DNA from: Octopus bimaculoides | Taxonomy: Eukaryota | NCBI RefSeq assembly: GCF_001194135.2 | Contig: NC_068991.1 | Span: 51,826,020-51,890,019 of the forward strand | Reading direction: 5' to 3' | DNA: 64,000 nt | Position numbers and translations under genes: made by a program | In this document: positions 54,401 through 64,000 of the stretch, in pieces | How positions within the stretch are numbered: the first letter of the stretch is position 1 | Layout: every line of letters starts with the position of its first letter | The notes under the pieces: model-generated | What the model was told of the DNA's origin: nothing | The model's input: the letters and a program-made list of their open reading frames with translations, nothing else | The model's database searches: none

Positions 54401-56030
54401 AAAAAAAGAGATTCAAAGAAAGCAATATGTGGTGTTGTGAAAAATAGTCAATATTTTGTTTTTAACGATCATATGTGATTAATCACACTGAAAGTAATAG
54501 TCATTGGTTGGTAATAAAGACAATGATATAAACAATAAAAATAGGACGAGCTTTTCTTTCATAGCCACACCATAGTCAATTAGTACCAGTAATGCAGGAC
54601 CCCGCTGACTTCATTAATTATATCGTTTCCTAAACAAAAATTAGTGTCAGCAACTTTTATTAAAATTAATGACTGTAAATAATAGCGAAAAATGGCACAA
54701 GGCCACATATTTTGGAGAAGTAACTCAACCCCAGTTCTAGACTATTTGCCCGATCCCCCCATAGGAATTGAACTGGAAACCTAACAAAATACATTTTGCC
54801 TGACATTCTCTACCCAGAAATTTTGAAGAAGAAATTAAATTAACCTCGGTATTCGATGAGTATCTATTTATCAACCCTGGAAAATAAAGTTGATACTAAC
54901 CAAATTTGAACTGAGAACGTAATAATAATAATGATGATGATTTCTAATTTAGGAACAAGATCAGTTATTTTCAGGGGTGGGGATTAGTTAAACCATCGAT
55001 CTCAGTGTTCGACTGGCACTATATTTCATCGACCTCGGAGGGATGAGAGGCAAAAATAATTTCGGACAAATTTGAACTCAAATAATAATAATAATAAATT
55101 AATTAATTAGTTAAAAAATCAATTAATTAATAATGCTGACAGTGGTATTAATAATATTGACAACGAACTTACGAGCAGTTTTTCTTCTTCGTCAACAAGT
55201 TTGAAGCAAACACATTCATCGTAAGACACTTTGTTTTTGTTTTGAGCAGTGGAGCCCGGTTGGGGTAGTTTTTTGTCAACTTCCTTCGAGGTTGTCGCCA
55301 TATCTTTTTCGTTGATACACACATCAGGAATACTTTGTATACTAGAATCAGAATGGGCACTAGAGAAGGACATTTCTGTTTCGGGCAGAGTTTGTGCAAG
55401 CTCTTGTGGCAGAGTCACATAAGTTAGGGAATCATCATTGTCACCGATCGGAGATAAAGGTTTAATAATTGGATTACAAGTAAACACTGTGGCTGCACTT
55501 GCCGTGTTAGAAATGGTGCTATTATTATTATTGCTCGTTGTTTGAAGTAGCAGAGTGGCTGGCTGGCTTTGATCTGAACATTGAGGAAGTGAACTTGTAT
55601 TAGGAGTTGGGTGCACTAATGAAACTAAGGTTGGTTGCTGAGCTTTTTTCTCGTAGTCACGGAAGCGAAGTCGCCTATGGGAGCACCGTCTGCTATTAGA
55701 GCGATGCAAGGCTTCATTGCACTGGTAGCACAAATTTAATTGACAATCTTCACAGCGGACATCAGCATAGTTCTTGTTGTCACAAAACGAACTAGCGCAA
55801 AGCTTTGACGACGGTGGTGGTGCCAATGGCTGTCTTTCATGACATACAAACTTAGAATTGTGATGTATGGTTTTTTCACAGTCCTTACATTGAAGTGTAC
55901 CACATTTATCACATCTGAAATCAGCTTCCGTCCGGTCCTGGGGACAGCAAAGCCGTTCCTGACAGAATTCTCGAGACGATCTCACCTTTGAGGAAGCTGT
56001 CGTCGATGATGATGACCTTGGGATCATCAT
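32044..56030 (-). CDS. ZFYVE1: Zinc finger FYVE domain-containing protein 1 (DFCP1), 11 coding exons, 901 aa: join complement(55173-56030,45757-46261,42864-43072,41652-41749,41351-41465,40120-40220,38356-38470,36122-36292,34794-34968,33501-33620,32044-32282)
   Basis: Exon lengths 858+505+209+98+115+101+115+171+175+120+239 = 2706 nt. All introns are GT-AG with matching phases. The translation matches recalled ZFYVE1 motifs: VISIFGNTGDGKSHTLNHTFF, DTEG, FPDQYFTC, TDQIAPSYW, KHHCRACG, RGWDYPVRVC. Confidence 0.97.
32395..33030 (+). mobile_element. Tc1-like transposon 5' fragment in ZFYVE1 intron 10
   Basis: TA|CAGGGGTTGGACAAAATAATGG terminus. ATG at 32583 gives MTDLSDFQSGQIVGA..ISRSTVSKV..SGRKPK..TVRKEL..RKPLLSK..WKNVIFSD with frameshifts, truncated at the first catalytic D. 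Confidence 0.88.
33501..33620 (-). CDS. ZFYVE1: ZFYVE1 coding exon 10: inter-FYVE linker
   Basis: TARKVGEVLGSTIGAVASIVDYPL G|GTAAGA. Confidence 0.95.
34794..34968 (-). CDS. ZFYVE1: ZFYVE1 coding exon 9: FYVE finger 1
   Basis: HCTNCEKLFEGNEQKHHCRACGKGFCDSCSSHKDPVPERGWGDTLVRTCDKC; G|GTAAAT. Confidence 0.97.
35425..35803 (+). mobile_element. tRNA-derived SINE family A, full length
   Basis: Same head and body; 9-bp TSD ACTACAATT (35416-35424, 35804-35812). Confidence 0.92.
36122..36292 (-). CDS. ZFYVE1: ZFYVE1 coding exon 8 (leads into FYVE 1)
   Basis: DQRNMQGAHNAARKLLDGL...WMTDQIAPSYWIPNALIA|GTGAGT. Confidence 0.95.
37600..37887 (+). mobile_element. RTE 3' end (ORF tail joined to 3' UTR)
   Basis: GNCGRGRPRKTWDEV directly followed by TTGGCATTAGGAAGGGCATCCAGC...GATGATGAT. 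Confidence 0.75.
38356..38470 (-). CDS. ZFYVE1: ZFYVE1 coding exon 7
   Basis: tttcAG|G YVLECPNCGIIYRSHEYWYGNQDIEQVVQVMVSHIWPG|GTAAGT. Confidence 0.95.
38620..39778 (+). mobile_element. maT (DD37D) transposase remnant in ZFYVE1 intron 6
   Basis: WLISDKKHFNQDQKSNRRNDRW..VFQQDSAP-[37 aa]-D (counted by hand); internal stops and frameshifts. Confidence 0.85.
40120..40220 (-). CDS. ZFYVE1: ZFYVE1 coding exon 6
   Basis: QCYFKSGKNIVVVPKTSASSDNAWLGFAKYVWS GG|GTAAGT. Confidence 0.95.
40463..40537 (+). pseudogene. tRNA-like sequence (Thr-CGT-like pseudogene or SINE head), 5' end lost in a 10-N gap
   Basis: TAGCTTAATGGTTTAGAGC D-arm/A-box; CCACGA-CGCGTAA-TCATGG anticodon arm; GTGAG-TTCGAGT-CTCAT T-arm; ends GCCGGCCACCA. 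Confidence 0.5.
41351..41465 (-). CDS. ZFYVE1: ZFYVE1 coding exon 5
   Basis: tttcAG|C then TRCIRSMNHELDHLPHETEKGRNCQYQHQYENKVYLCK|GTAAGT. Confidence 0.95.
41652..41749 (-). CDS. ZFYVE1: ZFYVE1 coding exon 4
   Basis: VLNGKFSGEIEKPDALTFPDQYFTCTSKCLSC, then AG|GTAAGA (phase 2). Not in the supplied ORF track. Confidence 0.95.
42864..43072 (-). CDS. ZFYVE1: ZFYVE1 coding exon 3
   Basis: (D)GNPIEMALRERFKKL...PPTDFGVLRR...RSPRKPEIIFKVLK|GTAAGT. Confidence 0.95.
43410..43611. repeat. Long inverted repeat (89-bp arms, 24-nt loop) running into a gap
   Basis: 43410-43498 versus 43523-43611, 4 mismatches. It explains the near-identical MSYLKESWFLL ORFs on opposite strands. Confidence 0.85.
44110..44455 (+). 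mobile_element. RTE LINE ORF C-terminus
   Basis: WMCNVSV..LREKLNLRSI..LRWYGHVVRM..GRGRPRKTWDEVV..DRDLWK; 5' part lies in a gap. Confidence 0.9.
44466..44722 (-). mobile_element. Penelope-like element GIY-YIG endonuclease remnant
   Basis: CLTQNVIYKCTITTVAGNFVYIGCSMNMKKRISNHFSSFRLEHK..LSSKIWELKE..KWDIIRKAQPF..CEMC. Confidence 0.85.
45410..45660 (-). mobile_element. PLE-like terminal repeat carrying a hammerhead
   Basis: Shares TTTGCCAACATAACATGGCAGTCCTG...TTGCTGTAATTTA with 20360-20415; contains the 45570-45614 motif. Confidence 0.6.
45570..45614 (-). ncRNA. Minimal type I hammerhead motif, slightly decayed, in ZFYVE1 intron 2
   Basis: Minus strand: TCTGTG-CTGATGA-AAGG-AAATAA-CCTG-GAAA-TCGCGA-TA/CTCAGA. 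Full core, palindromic stem III, one mismatch in stem I, A-G at the first pair of stem II. Confidence 0.65.
45757..46261 (-). CDS. ZFYVE1: ZFYVE1 coding exon 2: P-loop NTPase domain
   Basis: ttttcAG|IESEEDLL; GNTGDGKS Walker A; DTEG; ends ACA G|GTAAAC (phase 1). Confidence 0.97.
51540..51800 (-). mobile_element. Old RTE/BovB-like ORF remnant
   Basis: FFLYVCKTWTTYNQHIIKAALFIQCFQILSVS resembles LLYGCETWTTY..HL..LRCLRKIL. Confidence 0.5.
55173..56030 (-). CDS. ZFYVE1: ZFYVE1 coding exon 1: two Cys/His zinc-binding (B-box-like) motifs plus long Ser/Thr/Pro-rich linker
   Basis: ATG at 56030; CDKCGTLQCKDCEKTIHH and CEDCQLNLCYQCNEALH; ends FKLVDEEEKLL followed by GTAAGT (phase 0). Confidence 0.93.
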
Positions 56031-57709
56031 TTACTAAAATAAAGATACTTCTCACCACTATTAGCATCCATTTTGGAGCAAATTATTATTTATGTTTCAC
56101 TGCTGCTGTTATATAGCCTCGGTATCACTTCACGTTAGTTTCGTATCAAAACACCAACCACTGTGTCTTTTTTCTTGAAGTTTCTTTAATATTAATAAAC
56201 TTCAGTTTTTATTATATTCTCTCCAAATCACCAACATATTTATTGTACCAGCTATATATAGTCTTACAATTTCTATAAATTTAACAGACTTGATGTCAGC
56301 AGCTGATGACCTGGAATAAAAACACCTTTATCAATGTTATTGTTATGAAAATAAAGTCTAGCTGACGGATTGTTAGAATTAAAAATAGATTATGAAGTAT
56401 GTAGGTATGAAAATGGAAAACTTGAATAGAGGACTGACTATCGTAAAAATTACTGGCATTTATGTTATTTCTTCCCTGGTTAACCATAATCAAAACATTT
56501 TATCGAATGCATCATTCCAATCGTGATCATCCTGTCTTTTTTTCCCCTGCAAATAATGTATCTACAACCACATTATCCTTTAAATGCAGAGGAACTAAGA
56601 TGCAAGAGATTTGCCTGCTATTTTTAGCACTTCTATCAACTGCGAACAGGCCTCCTTGAGAGCTTGACGTAATTCCTTATTATTTCTTTTCTTTCGAAAG
56701 AATATATTTAATTTCCCCCAAAGACAAAACCATTATGACATAATTGATATATCGTGAATGTCCCTATGTGATTTTATTTGATTCCACAAAATAAATGTCA
56801 CCCTTTTCTCTCTATTAAGTTGCGATAAAGGTATAGAAATGTCATGAAAAAATTTTTAATGAATGAATTTACAGAAGACAACCATAATTAGATGTTGGCT
56901 GTAGTTGCTATTGGTATATTAGCAGAGCTTAAAATGAGCACAGGATCCAAACATTGGATCAATCTATAATTAACACTGGGAAATTCTGTTATTATGAACT
57001 GCCAGAAGTAATAAAAAGGAAAGATATTGCATATGTAAAGCTTTACTTTAAATTACTTTAAAGTAAAGCTACTGTATATCTCTCGCTGAGAGATTTTGGA
57101 ACAATAATGTTTCTATTTATATTGTATATGTTAAAAGCAATAATAATCTTCTGTGACAACGCACGATGCCAACGGTTTAAAGTGTATGTCTTTAGAAAGT
57201 AATAGAGAGTATAAATCCGATTCCTGAACTGTGCACCTCAATACATTGATGTGTCGTGAAATATAGCGAGGTGTGTCGAAAAAAATTACACTTTATGAAC
57301 ATGAAAGCTAAAACTTTAAATACAATATCATAATAACTATGTTTTGTTTACTAAATAAAGAAGTACTTAATTATCCTTATTTAGATCATATTCATGGATT
57401 AAATATATGAATACCTTTTTCTAATGCGTTGTTTGATTTTATGCACAAAGTGCGCAAAAATACTATTTTCTTTAAAGTGAGACGTTAACAAGAAAAAAAA
57501 AACAAAAAAAAAACAGAGAAGAGAAAGTTGTGAAGTAATGATTGTTGTTTACTGTTGTTTAGCACCCAGGACAACTGAATTAGCAGGCCTACGACTGAAG
57601 AGGGTTTCCATTAGTAGCTGTAACCAAATTTCACATATATGTATGTATGTATGTGTGTATGTATGTATGCAGATTTATGTTTTATGTATGTATTCTCATG
57701 CTTATATTC

Positions 57710-58184
57710 TTTTATTCTTTTATTTGTTTCAGTCATTTGACTGCGGCCATGCTGGAACACCGCCTTTAGTCGAGCAAATTGACCCGAGGACTTATTCTTT
57801 GTAAGCCTAATACTTATTCTATCGGATTCTTTTGTCAAACTGTTAAGTTACGAGGACGTAAACACACCAGTATCGGTTGTCAAACGATGTTGGGGACAAA
57901 CACAAACACACACACACACATATATATATATGAATACAGTGTACATTTAAACACATAAGAGATATCCATTATAGGATACCAGACACGCTAGAAAGAATAG
58001 CCAAAATCCATGGATTTGGGATTTTGGCTATTTCTTCTAGCGTGCCAGGTATCCTATGATGGATACCTCTTATGTGTTTAAATGTACACTGTATTCAGAT
58101 GAATAATATATAGTCTATTGACTAATTTTTCTACATGCTATGCCACTGGTAAAAATTTCTAAAATTTTTATTATCCTGATATTA

Positions 58185-58220
<36 letters not shown>

Positions 58221-58352
58221 GACAGGCTTCTTTCAGTTTCTGTCTACCAAATCCACTCACAAGGCATTGGTTGGCCCAAGGTGTCACGCAGTGGAACTGA
58301 ACCCAGAACCATGTAGTTGGTAAGCAAGCTACACAGCCACTGCTGCACCTAT
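57710..58352 (-). mobile_element. SINE family B split by a MITE insertion
   Basis: 5' half at 58219-58352 and 3' half at 57710-57905 surround the palindromic MITE. Confidence 0.75.
57937..58091. mobile_element. Fully palindromic Tc1/mariner-type MITE
   Basis: TA|CAGTG...CACTG|TA; 79-nt arms (57931-58009, 58019-58097) with 6 mismatches and a 9-nt loop. Confidence 0.8.
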
Positions 58353-60011
58353 GTAGTTGCAAATCTAGACATGCTCATATATATTTAAATGATAAACTTC
58401 TGAAAAGCTTTACAGATTTTTACAGTTCCAGTGATGGATTGGATTTATGGTCTTCAAATTAGCTTTTTCTTTTCTGGTTTTAGTGACACGTGTATGTATG
58501 CTGTATGTACATATGTATGTATGCATGTATGCATACTATCTTTTTTCATTTTCTGACTACAGTCATGCTGGGGACCCATCCTAAAAGGTTTAGTCGAACA
58601 TATTGATCCCAGTCCTTATTTTTTAAGCCTAGTATTCTATCAGTTCCTTTGGTCAAACCACTATATTATGGGGATACAAACAAGCCAGCACAGGTTGTCA
58701 AATTGTGGTGCAAGACAAACACATACACAAAGACACATGCATGCATGCATGCACACACACATACAAGTGTGCACGCGCACACACACACACCCACACACAC
58801 ACACAAAATGGGCTTCTTTTAGCTTTCTGTCTACCAAATCCACTCACATGACTTTGATCAGCTCGAAGCTATAGTAAAGCACACTTGCCCCGTGTGCTAC
58901 ACAGTGGGACTGAACCTGAGAATGCATGGTTGGAAAGTGAGCTTCTTAACCTGCACCTTATTACATACGAATAAAGTAAGATAGCAATTAAGTGTATAGA
59001 CCGTATCACTTTATATCAAGTTTTACATCCTTCAATATGAGATTTCATTGCATTAGGTATTTAGGACATTTTAAGTTTCAAGTAAATGTTTCCTTATTGT
59101 TTTCTATAAATTTTGAGATATACTTACATTGTGATTTCTGCAATGTGGTACATAAATTGTCAAGTAAATGAGAGGCATCCTTGCCTCCACTGATTCTGTT
59201 GCAAAGTGTTGAGTAAAGTTATTTCCTTGCAGACCTCCTTTGAGTCTTTTTATTATCACTGGGTCACACATAGTCCCCAGGTGGTAACATTGATTTCAAG
59301 GCCTTATTCAAAGGCATTTATTCAAAGACATTTATACATTGTCTCAATTTTTTTGCCCTGAAGAAATATTTACCTCACAATTTTCAAAATGCAAATTTAA
59401 TTTATAAGTTTGTAATTTGTATGAGAGTGAATATGGAAACAATTGTAGGCAAGTGTAAATTGACAATATGTTAATAAATTAACATAATAAATTCTATGAA
59501 TGCTAATAACACAGTTTCATCAAAGAGATATGTGGGTTTCATAGAGGGAAATTTCAAAGCAAGGTTCAACAATCACACCTTAAGCTTCAGACACTGGAAT
59601 CAATGAAAAACTACCAAATTATCCAGTTACGTATATATGGTTCTTAAAAGAACAAGTTTTCAGCTATAGGATTTACTAGAAGATCTTAGCAAAGTGTAAA
59701 CCTTACACCAACGGTAGTGGTAAGTGCAGTCATTGTAATATGGAAAGATGGCTTATCTGGAAAAGTTCCTTGGACCCCACTACATGTCTAAATTCATGAA
59801 CTGAACTTTTTGGATCATGTCCACATGTGACAAAATACCTATTACAGTTTTGGGCCCCCAAGTTCACAGTTAGAATCCACATTTTTACAATGTTCCTACA
59901 CAAACTTCCCATATGTCTTAACTTCTTTCAATTTTTTTATTTTTATATATATTCTTTCATTTTTTTTCCTTTCTAACTGTGTGAATGTGTACGTGTATGA
60001 GTATATGTATA

Positions 60012-60889
60012 TCATCATCATCATCATCATCGTTTCACGTCCGCTTTCCATGCTAGCATGGGTTGGACGATTTGACTGAGGACTGGTGAAACCGGATGGC
60101 AACACCAGGCTCCAGTCCGATTTGGCAGAGTTTCTACAGCTGGATGCCCTTCCTAACGCCAACCACTCAGAGAGTGTAGTGGGTGCTTTTACGTGTCACC
60201 CGCACGAAAACGGCCACGCTCGAAATGGTGTCTTTTATGTGCCACCCGCACAAGCCAGTCCNNNNNNNNNNNNNNNNNNNNNNNNNNNNNNNNNNNNNNN
60301 NNNNNNNNNNNNNNNNNNNNNNNNNNNNNNNNNNNNNNNNNNNNNNNNNNNNNNNNNNNNNNNNNNNNNNNNNNNNNNNNNNNNNNNNNNNNNNNNNNNN
60401 NNNNNNNNNNNNNNNNNNNNNNNNNNNNNNNNNNNNNNNNNNNNNNNNNNNNNNNNNNNNNNNNNNNNNNNNNNNNNNNNNNNNNNNNNNNNNNNNNNNN
60501 NNNNNNNNNNNNNNNNNNNNNNNNNNNNNNNNNNNNNNNNNNNNNNNNNNNNNNNNNNNNNNNNNNNNNNNNNNNNNNNNNNNNNNNNNNNNNNNNNNNT
60601 CGTCTCTCTTGCACGCCACAACTGATGCTTCTAATGTTCAGCTTTTCTCTCAAGATACTTACACTCTGACGGGTATTCACATTGACATTACACATCCAAC
60701 GGAGCATACTGGCTTCATTCCTTGCGAGCTTACGTATGTCCTCAGCAGTTACAGCCCATGTTTCACTGCCATGTAGCATGGTTGTTCGTACGCATGCGTC
60801 ATACAGTCTGCTGTTCGTACGCATGCGTCATACAGTCTGCTGTTCGTACGCATGCGTCATACAGTCTGCTGTTCGTACGCATGCGTCAT
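60012..60889 (-). mobile_element. 5'-truncated RTE LINE: ORF end, gap, 3' UTR and (GAT)n tail
   Basis: SRLYDACVRTTMLHGSETWAVT..RNEASMLRWMC at 60600-60825. 60012-60261 is the common 3' UTR ending in (GAT)n. Confidence 0.85.
60783..60889. repeat. Perfect 29-bp tandem repeat, 3.7 copies
   Basis: TGTTCGTACGCATGCGTCATACAGTCTGC starting at 60783, 60812, 60841 and 60870. Confidence 0.95.
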
Positions 60890-61008
60890 TTTATATGTAT
60901 GTATGTGTGCGTGTGTATATATGTGTATATCAGTATAAGACTGTATCTGGTGCATAAGTGCGATATTATGTAAATTGAGGAATTTATATATATATATATG
61001 TATATATA

Positions 61009-61815
61009 TAGTATAGGACAATCAGTAAGTTGTCATAATAGAACTCCAAGTTTCAAATACTGGAGCTAAGAGCTTCAAGGCATTTTGATAACGGCTATTT
61101 TGATAACAGACCTTTTTTTTTATTATATCTTTATCTTTTATACTAATCTCTATAAAATCGCTTGCGAAAGTGAGGGCTTTATTTAGCAGTTTCCTAGAAA
61201 TAAATGCACAGAAATCTACAATATCAAATTGTGTAAATCTTGCTTTATTCTTATGTCTAATTGCTTTAAACCAGCTAACAACTTCTATACTATTGGACCA
61301 TTGTACTAAATTGGTTGCTCCTCTAACGTTAGCATTGATTTTTCTTAAAATTTCTTTACTAATTATACCACTTTCTGATTTTGCCGAGTTAATTAGTCTG
61401 CATTTACAATTAGAGAGGAAGTTCTTTTTATGGTCCTCTTTTTTGGCAGGATCTTTATTTTTTTATCTAATTTAAGCCAAGTGGCGATGATACTAGCTTC
61501 TTTATTAATGTTGTTATAAACTTGTGATCGAGCTTTAGTGTAATTATTAATAACATTTTTATGTAGGAGTTGTGAGTATGTGCTGTTGTCTACAAGGTAT
61601 AAGTTCTTGGTTTTATCAGAAAAAAGTGCCATTTTTTGGAACTTTTAATGTTTTTGATGTCTATTAACAGTTTCTGTTGAAAAGTGTTAAAGGACTTACG
61701 AAATTTTCTATCGTCTATCATCAAAATAGCTGATGAAAATGCCTCAAAGCTCTTAGCTCTGGTATTTGAAACTCTGAGTTCTATTATGACAACTTACTGA
61801 TTGTCCTATACTATA
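61009..61815 (-). mobile_element. 5'-truncated Penelope-like element: RT fragment flanked by ~100-bp inverted terminal repeats
   Basis: Minus-strand DKTKNLYLVD..INKEASIIA..LVQWSNSIEVVSWFKAI..FTQFDIVDFCAFIS. 61009-61105 is the reverse complement of 61720-61815. Confidence 0.82.
61725..61785 (+). ncRNA. Type I hammerhead motif in PLE terminal repeat
   Basis: AATAG-CTGATGA-AAATGCC...GGTATTT-GAAA-CTCTGAG-TT/CTATT. Stem I 5 bp, stem II 7 bp, cleavage triplet GUU (GUA in the sister copy near 62717). Confidence 0.7.
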
Positions 61816-61820
61816 TATAT

Positions 61821-62240
61821 CATCATCATCATCATCTTTGTTTAACGTCCGCTTTCCATGCTAGCATGGGTTGGACGATTTGACTGAGTACTGGTGAAAC
61901 CAGATGGCTACACCAGGCTCCAATCTGATTTGGCAGAGTTTCTACAGCCGGATGCCCTTCCTAACGCCAACCACTCAGAGAGTGTAGTGGGTGCTTTTAC
62001 GTGTCACCCGCACGAAGGCCAGTCAGGCGGTACTGGCAATGGTCACGCTCAAAATGGTGCAATTTATGTGCCACCCGCACAAGAGCCAGTCCAGGGGCAC
62101 TGGCAACGATCTTGATCGAAAATCCCACGAAAAATTTCATGTGTCACCCGCACATGAGCCAGTCCTGGGGCACCGGCAACGATCTTGCTTGAGAATCCTA
62201 CGACAGCCCCACACAAGTGCCAGCCCAGGGGCACTGGAAA
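61821..62240 (-). mobile_element. RTE 3' UTR copy with internal ~60-nt tandem units
   Basis: (CAT)n, then the same UTR as 60012-60261, then about four CACCCGCAC..AGCCAGTCC..GGGGCAC units. Other UTR copies lie near 17825-18020, 20125-20280, 24860-25020, 41825-41980 and 51150-51330. Confidence 0.75.
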
Positions 62241-62599
62241 TACACATATATGTATGTACATATATATATGTATATACGTGTATGCGTTTATATTTATATA
62301 TTTATATGTAATAAATGTCTAAATATATATGTATTGTTATGTGTATGCATGCAAACACCTATGTGTATATGAAGATGAAGCTGCGTACACATATACATAT
62401 ATATACATGTGTATGTGTGGGTATGTGTGTATGTATGAGAACATACATGCACATATATGTTTGTGTGTGTATGTACATGTACATATACATGTTTGTGTGA
62501 GTGGGTACGTATGTAAACGTTATGAACGCAGGAGGTTTAATGTCTATATATTGTGAGAATATGGTTGCGTGTATTTTTTATAATTTTTCTTTTTTTCCT

Positions 62600-62746
62600 T
62601 TCCTACCTATTAGAGTAACTTCCATTTTTTTCAACGGTTTTTCATAGCATCTGTTTCCATTAATAGCCAACGAGAATGCGTCATAGCTCTTCACTCTGAC
62701 ATTCGAAACTCTGAGTACTATAATGACAACTTACTGTTTGTTCTAA

Positions 62747-62750
<4 letters not shown>
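62600..62750 (+). mobile_element. Solo copy of the same PLE terminal repeat with mutated hammerhead core
   Basis: AATAG-CCAACGA-GAATG...CATTC-GAAACTCTGAGTA-CTATA followed by ATGACAACTTACTG as at 61786. Confidence 0.7.
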
Positions 62751-62790
<40 letters not shown>

Positions 62791-62805
62791 TTAGATATAT
62801 ATATG

Positions 62806-62881
<76 letters not shown>

Positions 62882-62891
62882 TATATGTATG

Positions 62892-62936
<45 letters not shown>

Positions 62937-63344
62937 TTATATATATAATATAGTATGCCAATAGGATTATAATCCAAGCAGTGTTCTTGTGAAACATGTC
63001 TGCAAAATCCAGTACCCCAAAACTGTTGTCTCTAGAGCAGATGTTATATATGTGTGAGGTAGGCATAAGGATTGAAAAATACTGGAAAAATAGTATTTGC
63101 AGAGTAATTACGTATTAAAATAAGAAATTGTGAGTATAGTTCAAATTTACAGAAAACAAAAGATGAAGACAGGTGAAAGAACAACAAGCAGGTGTATTAG
63201 TTTAATGCTTGGGAAGAATGGGAAAGTCTTTTGTATTTCAAGCCTATGCTCTTCGACAGGAAGTTTTAAGAGGTAAAAAAAACAAAGAGAGAAAAATGTA
63301 TGTAGGGCATACTGGTTCACTGTATGTATGTATGTATGTATGTA

Positions 63345-63727
63345 GTGGAGGCGCAATGGCCCAGTGGTTAGGGCAGCGGACTCGCGGTCATAAGATCGCG
63401 GTTTCAATTCCCAGACTGGGCGTTGTGACTGTTTATTGAGCGAAAACACCTAAAGCTCTACGAGGCTCCAGCAGGCGATAGTGGCGAACACTGCTGTACT
63501 CTTTCACCACAACTTTCTCTCATTCTTACTTCCTGTTTCTGTTGTGCCTGTAATTCAAAGGGCCAGCCTTGTCACACTGTGTCACGTTGAATATCCCCGA
63601 GAACTACATTAAGGATACACGTGTCTGTGGAGTGCTCAGCCACTTGCACGTTAATTTCACGAGCAGGCTGTTCCGTTGATCGGATCAACTGGAACCCTCG
63701 ACATCGTAAGCGACGGAGTGCTAACAA
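63345..63727 (+). mobile_element. tRNA-derived SINE family A, full length, inside a (TGTA)n tract
   Basis: Same head and body; (TGTA)n on both flanks. Confidence 0.92.
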
Positions 63728-64000
63728 TGTATGTATGTATGTATGTACGTATGTACGTATGTACGTATGCATGCATGACATATATGAGTATTTGAGTTGA
63801 TGTCTATATTTAGTTATCACCTTGCCTTTGTTTTTGAACCAATTGTTTGACAGACAAGTTCAACATGTTTGTATATATAAGCCTCAACCAGACAATTGTG
63901 GCATCATTCCAGAGAATATTAAATGCTTCAAAACTTATTCAACATAACTTACCAAGGAGGATGTAAATACTTATTTTTTATTCTGTTTAGAACAAGTGAC

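Noticed and set aside
63953-63982. Possible 30-nt minus-strand micro-exon (IKNKYLHPP) at the window edge
   Set aside because: Too short and lacks context; it cannot be linked to a gene from this window.

Overview
AT-rich, repeat-dense animal genomic window with six assembly gaps. The repeat families look like those of octopus; this is recognition from memory, not a database match. One protein-coding gene is supported: ZFYVE1/DFCP1 on the minus strand, with 11 coding exons from 56030 to 32044. Every junction is GT-AG and phase-consistent, giving 2706 nt and 901 aa: two N-terminal zinc-binding (B-box-like) motifs, a P-loop NTPase domain and two FYVE fingers. The rest is mobile DNA: a short Gypsy-type LTR element with a tRNA-Trp primer site, Penelope-like (PLE) RT and GIY-YIG remnants, RTE LINE pieces, Tc1/mariner/maT remnants, MITEs, a Helitron-like element and several SINE families. 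The least obvious signal is a set of unrelated type I hammerhead ribozyme motifs (445-537, 15192-15258, 45570-45614, 61725-61785, plus decayed copies), most tied to PLE remnants. One lies sense in ZFYVE1 intron 2. There are also several long hairpins, including one built around a tRNA-Thr-like sequence. All structures were folded and aligned by eye; no searches were run.
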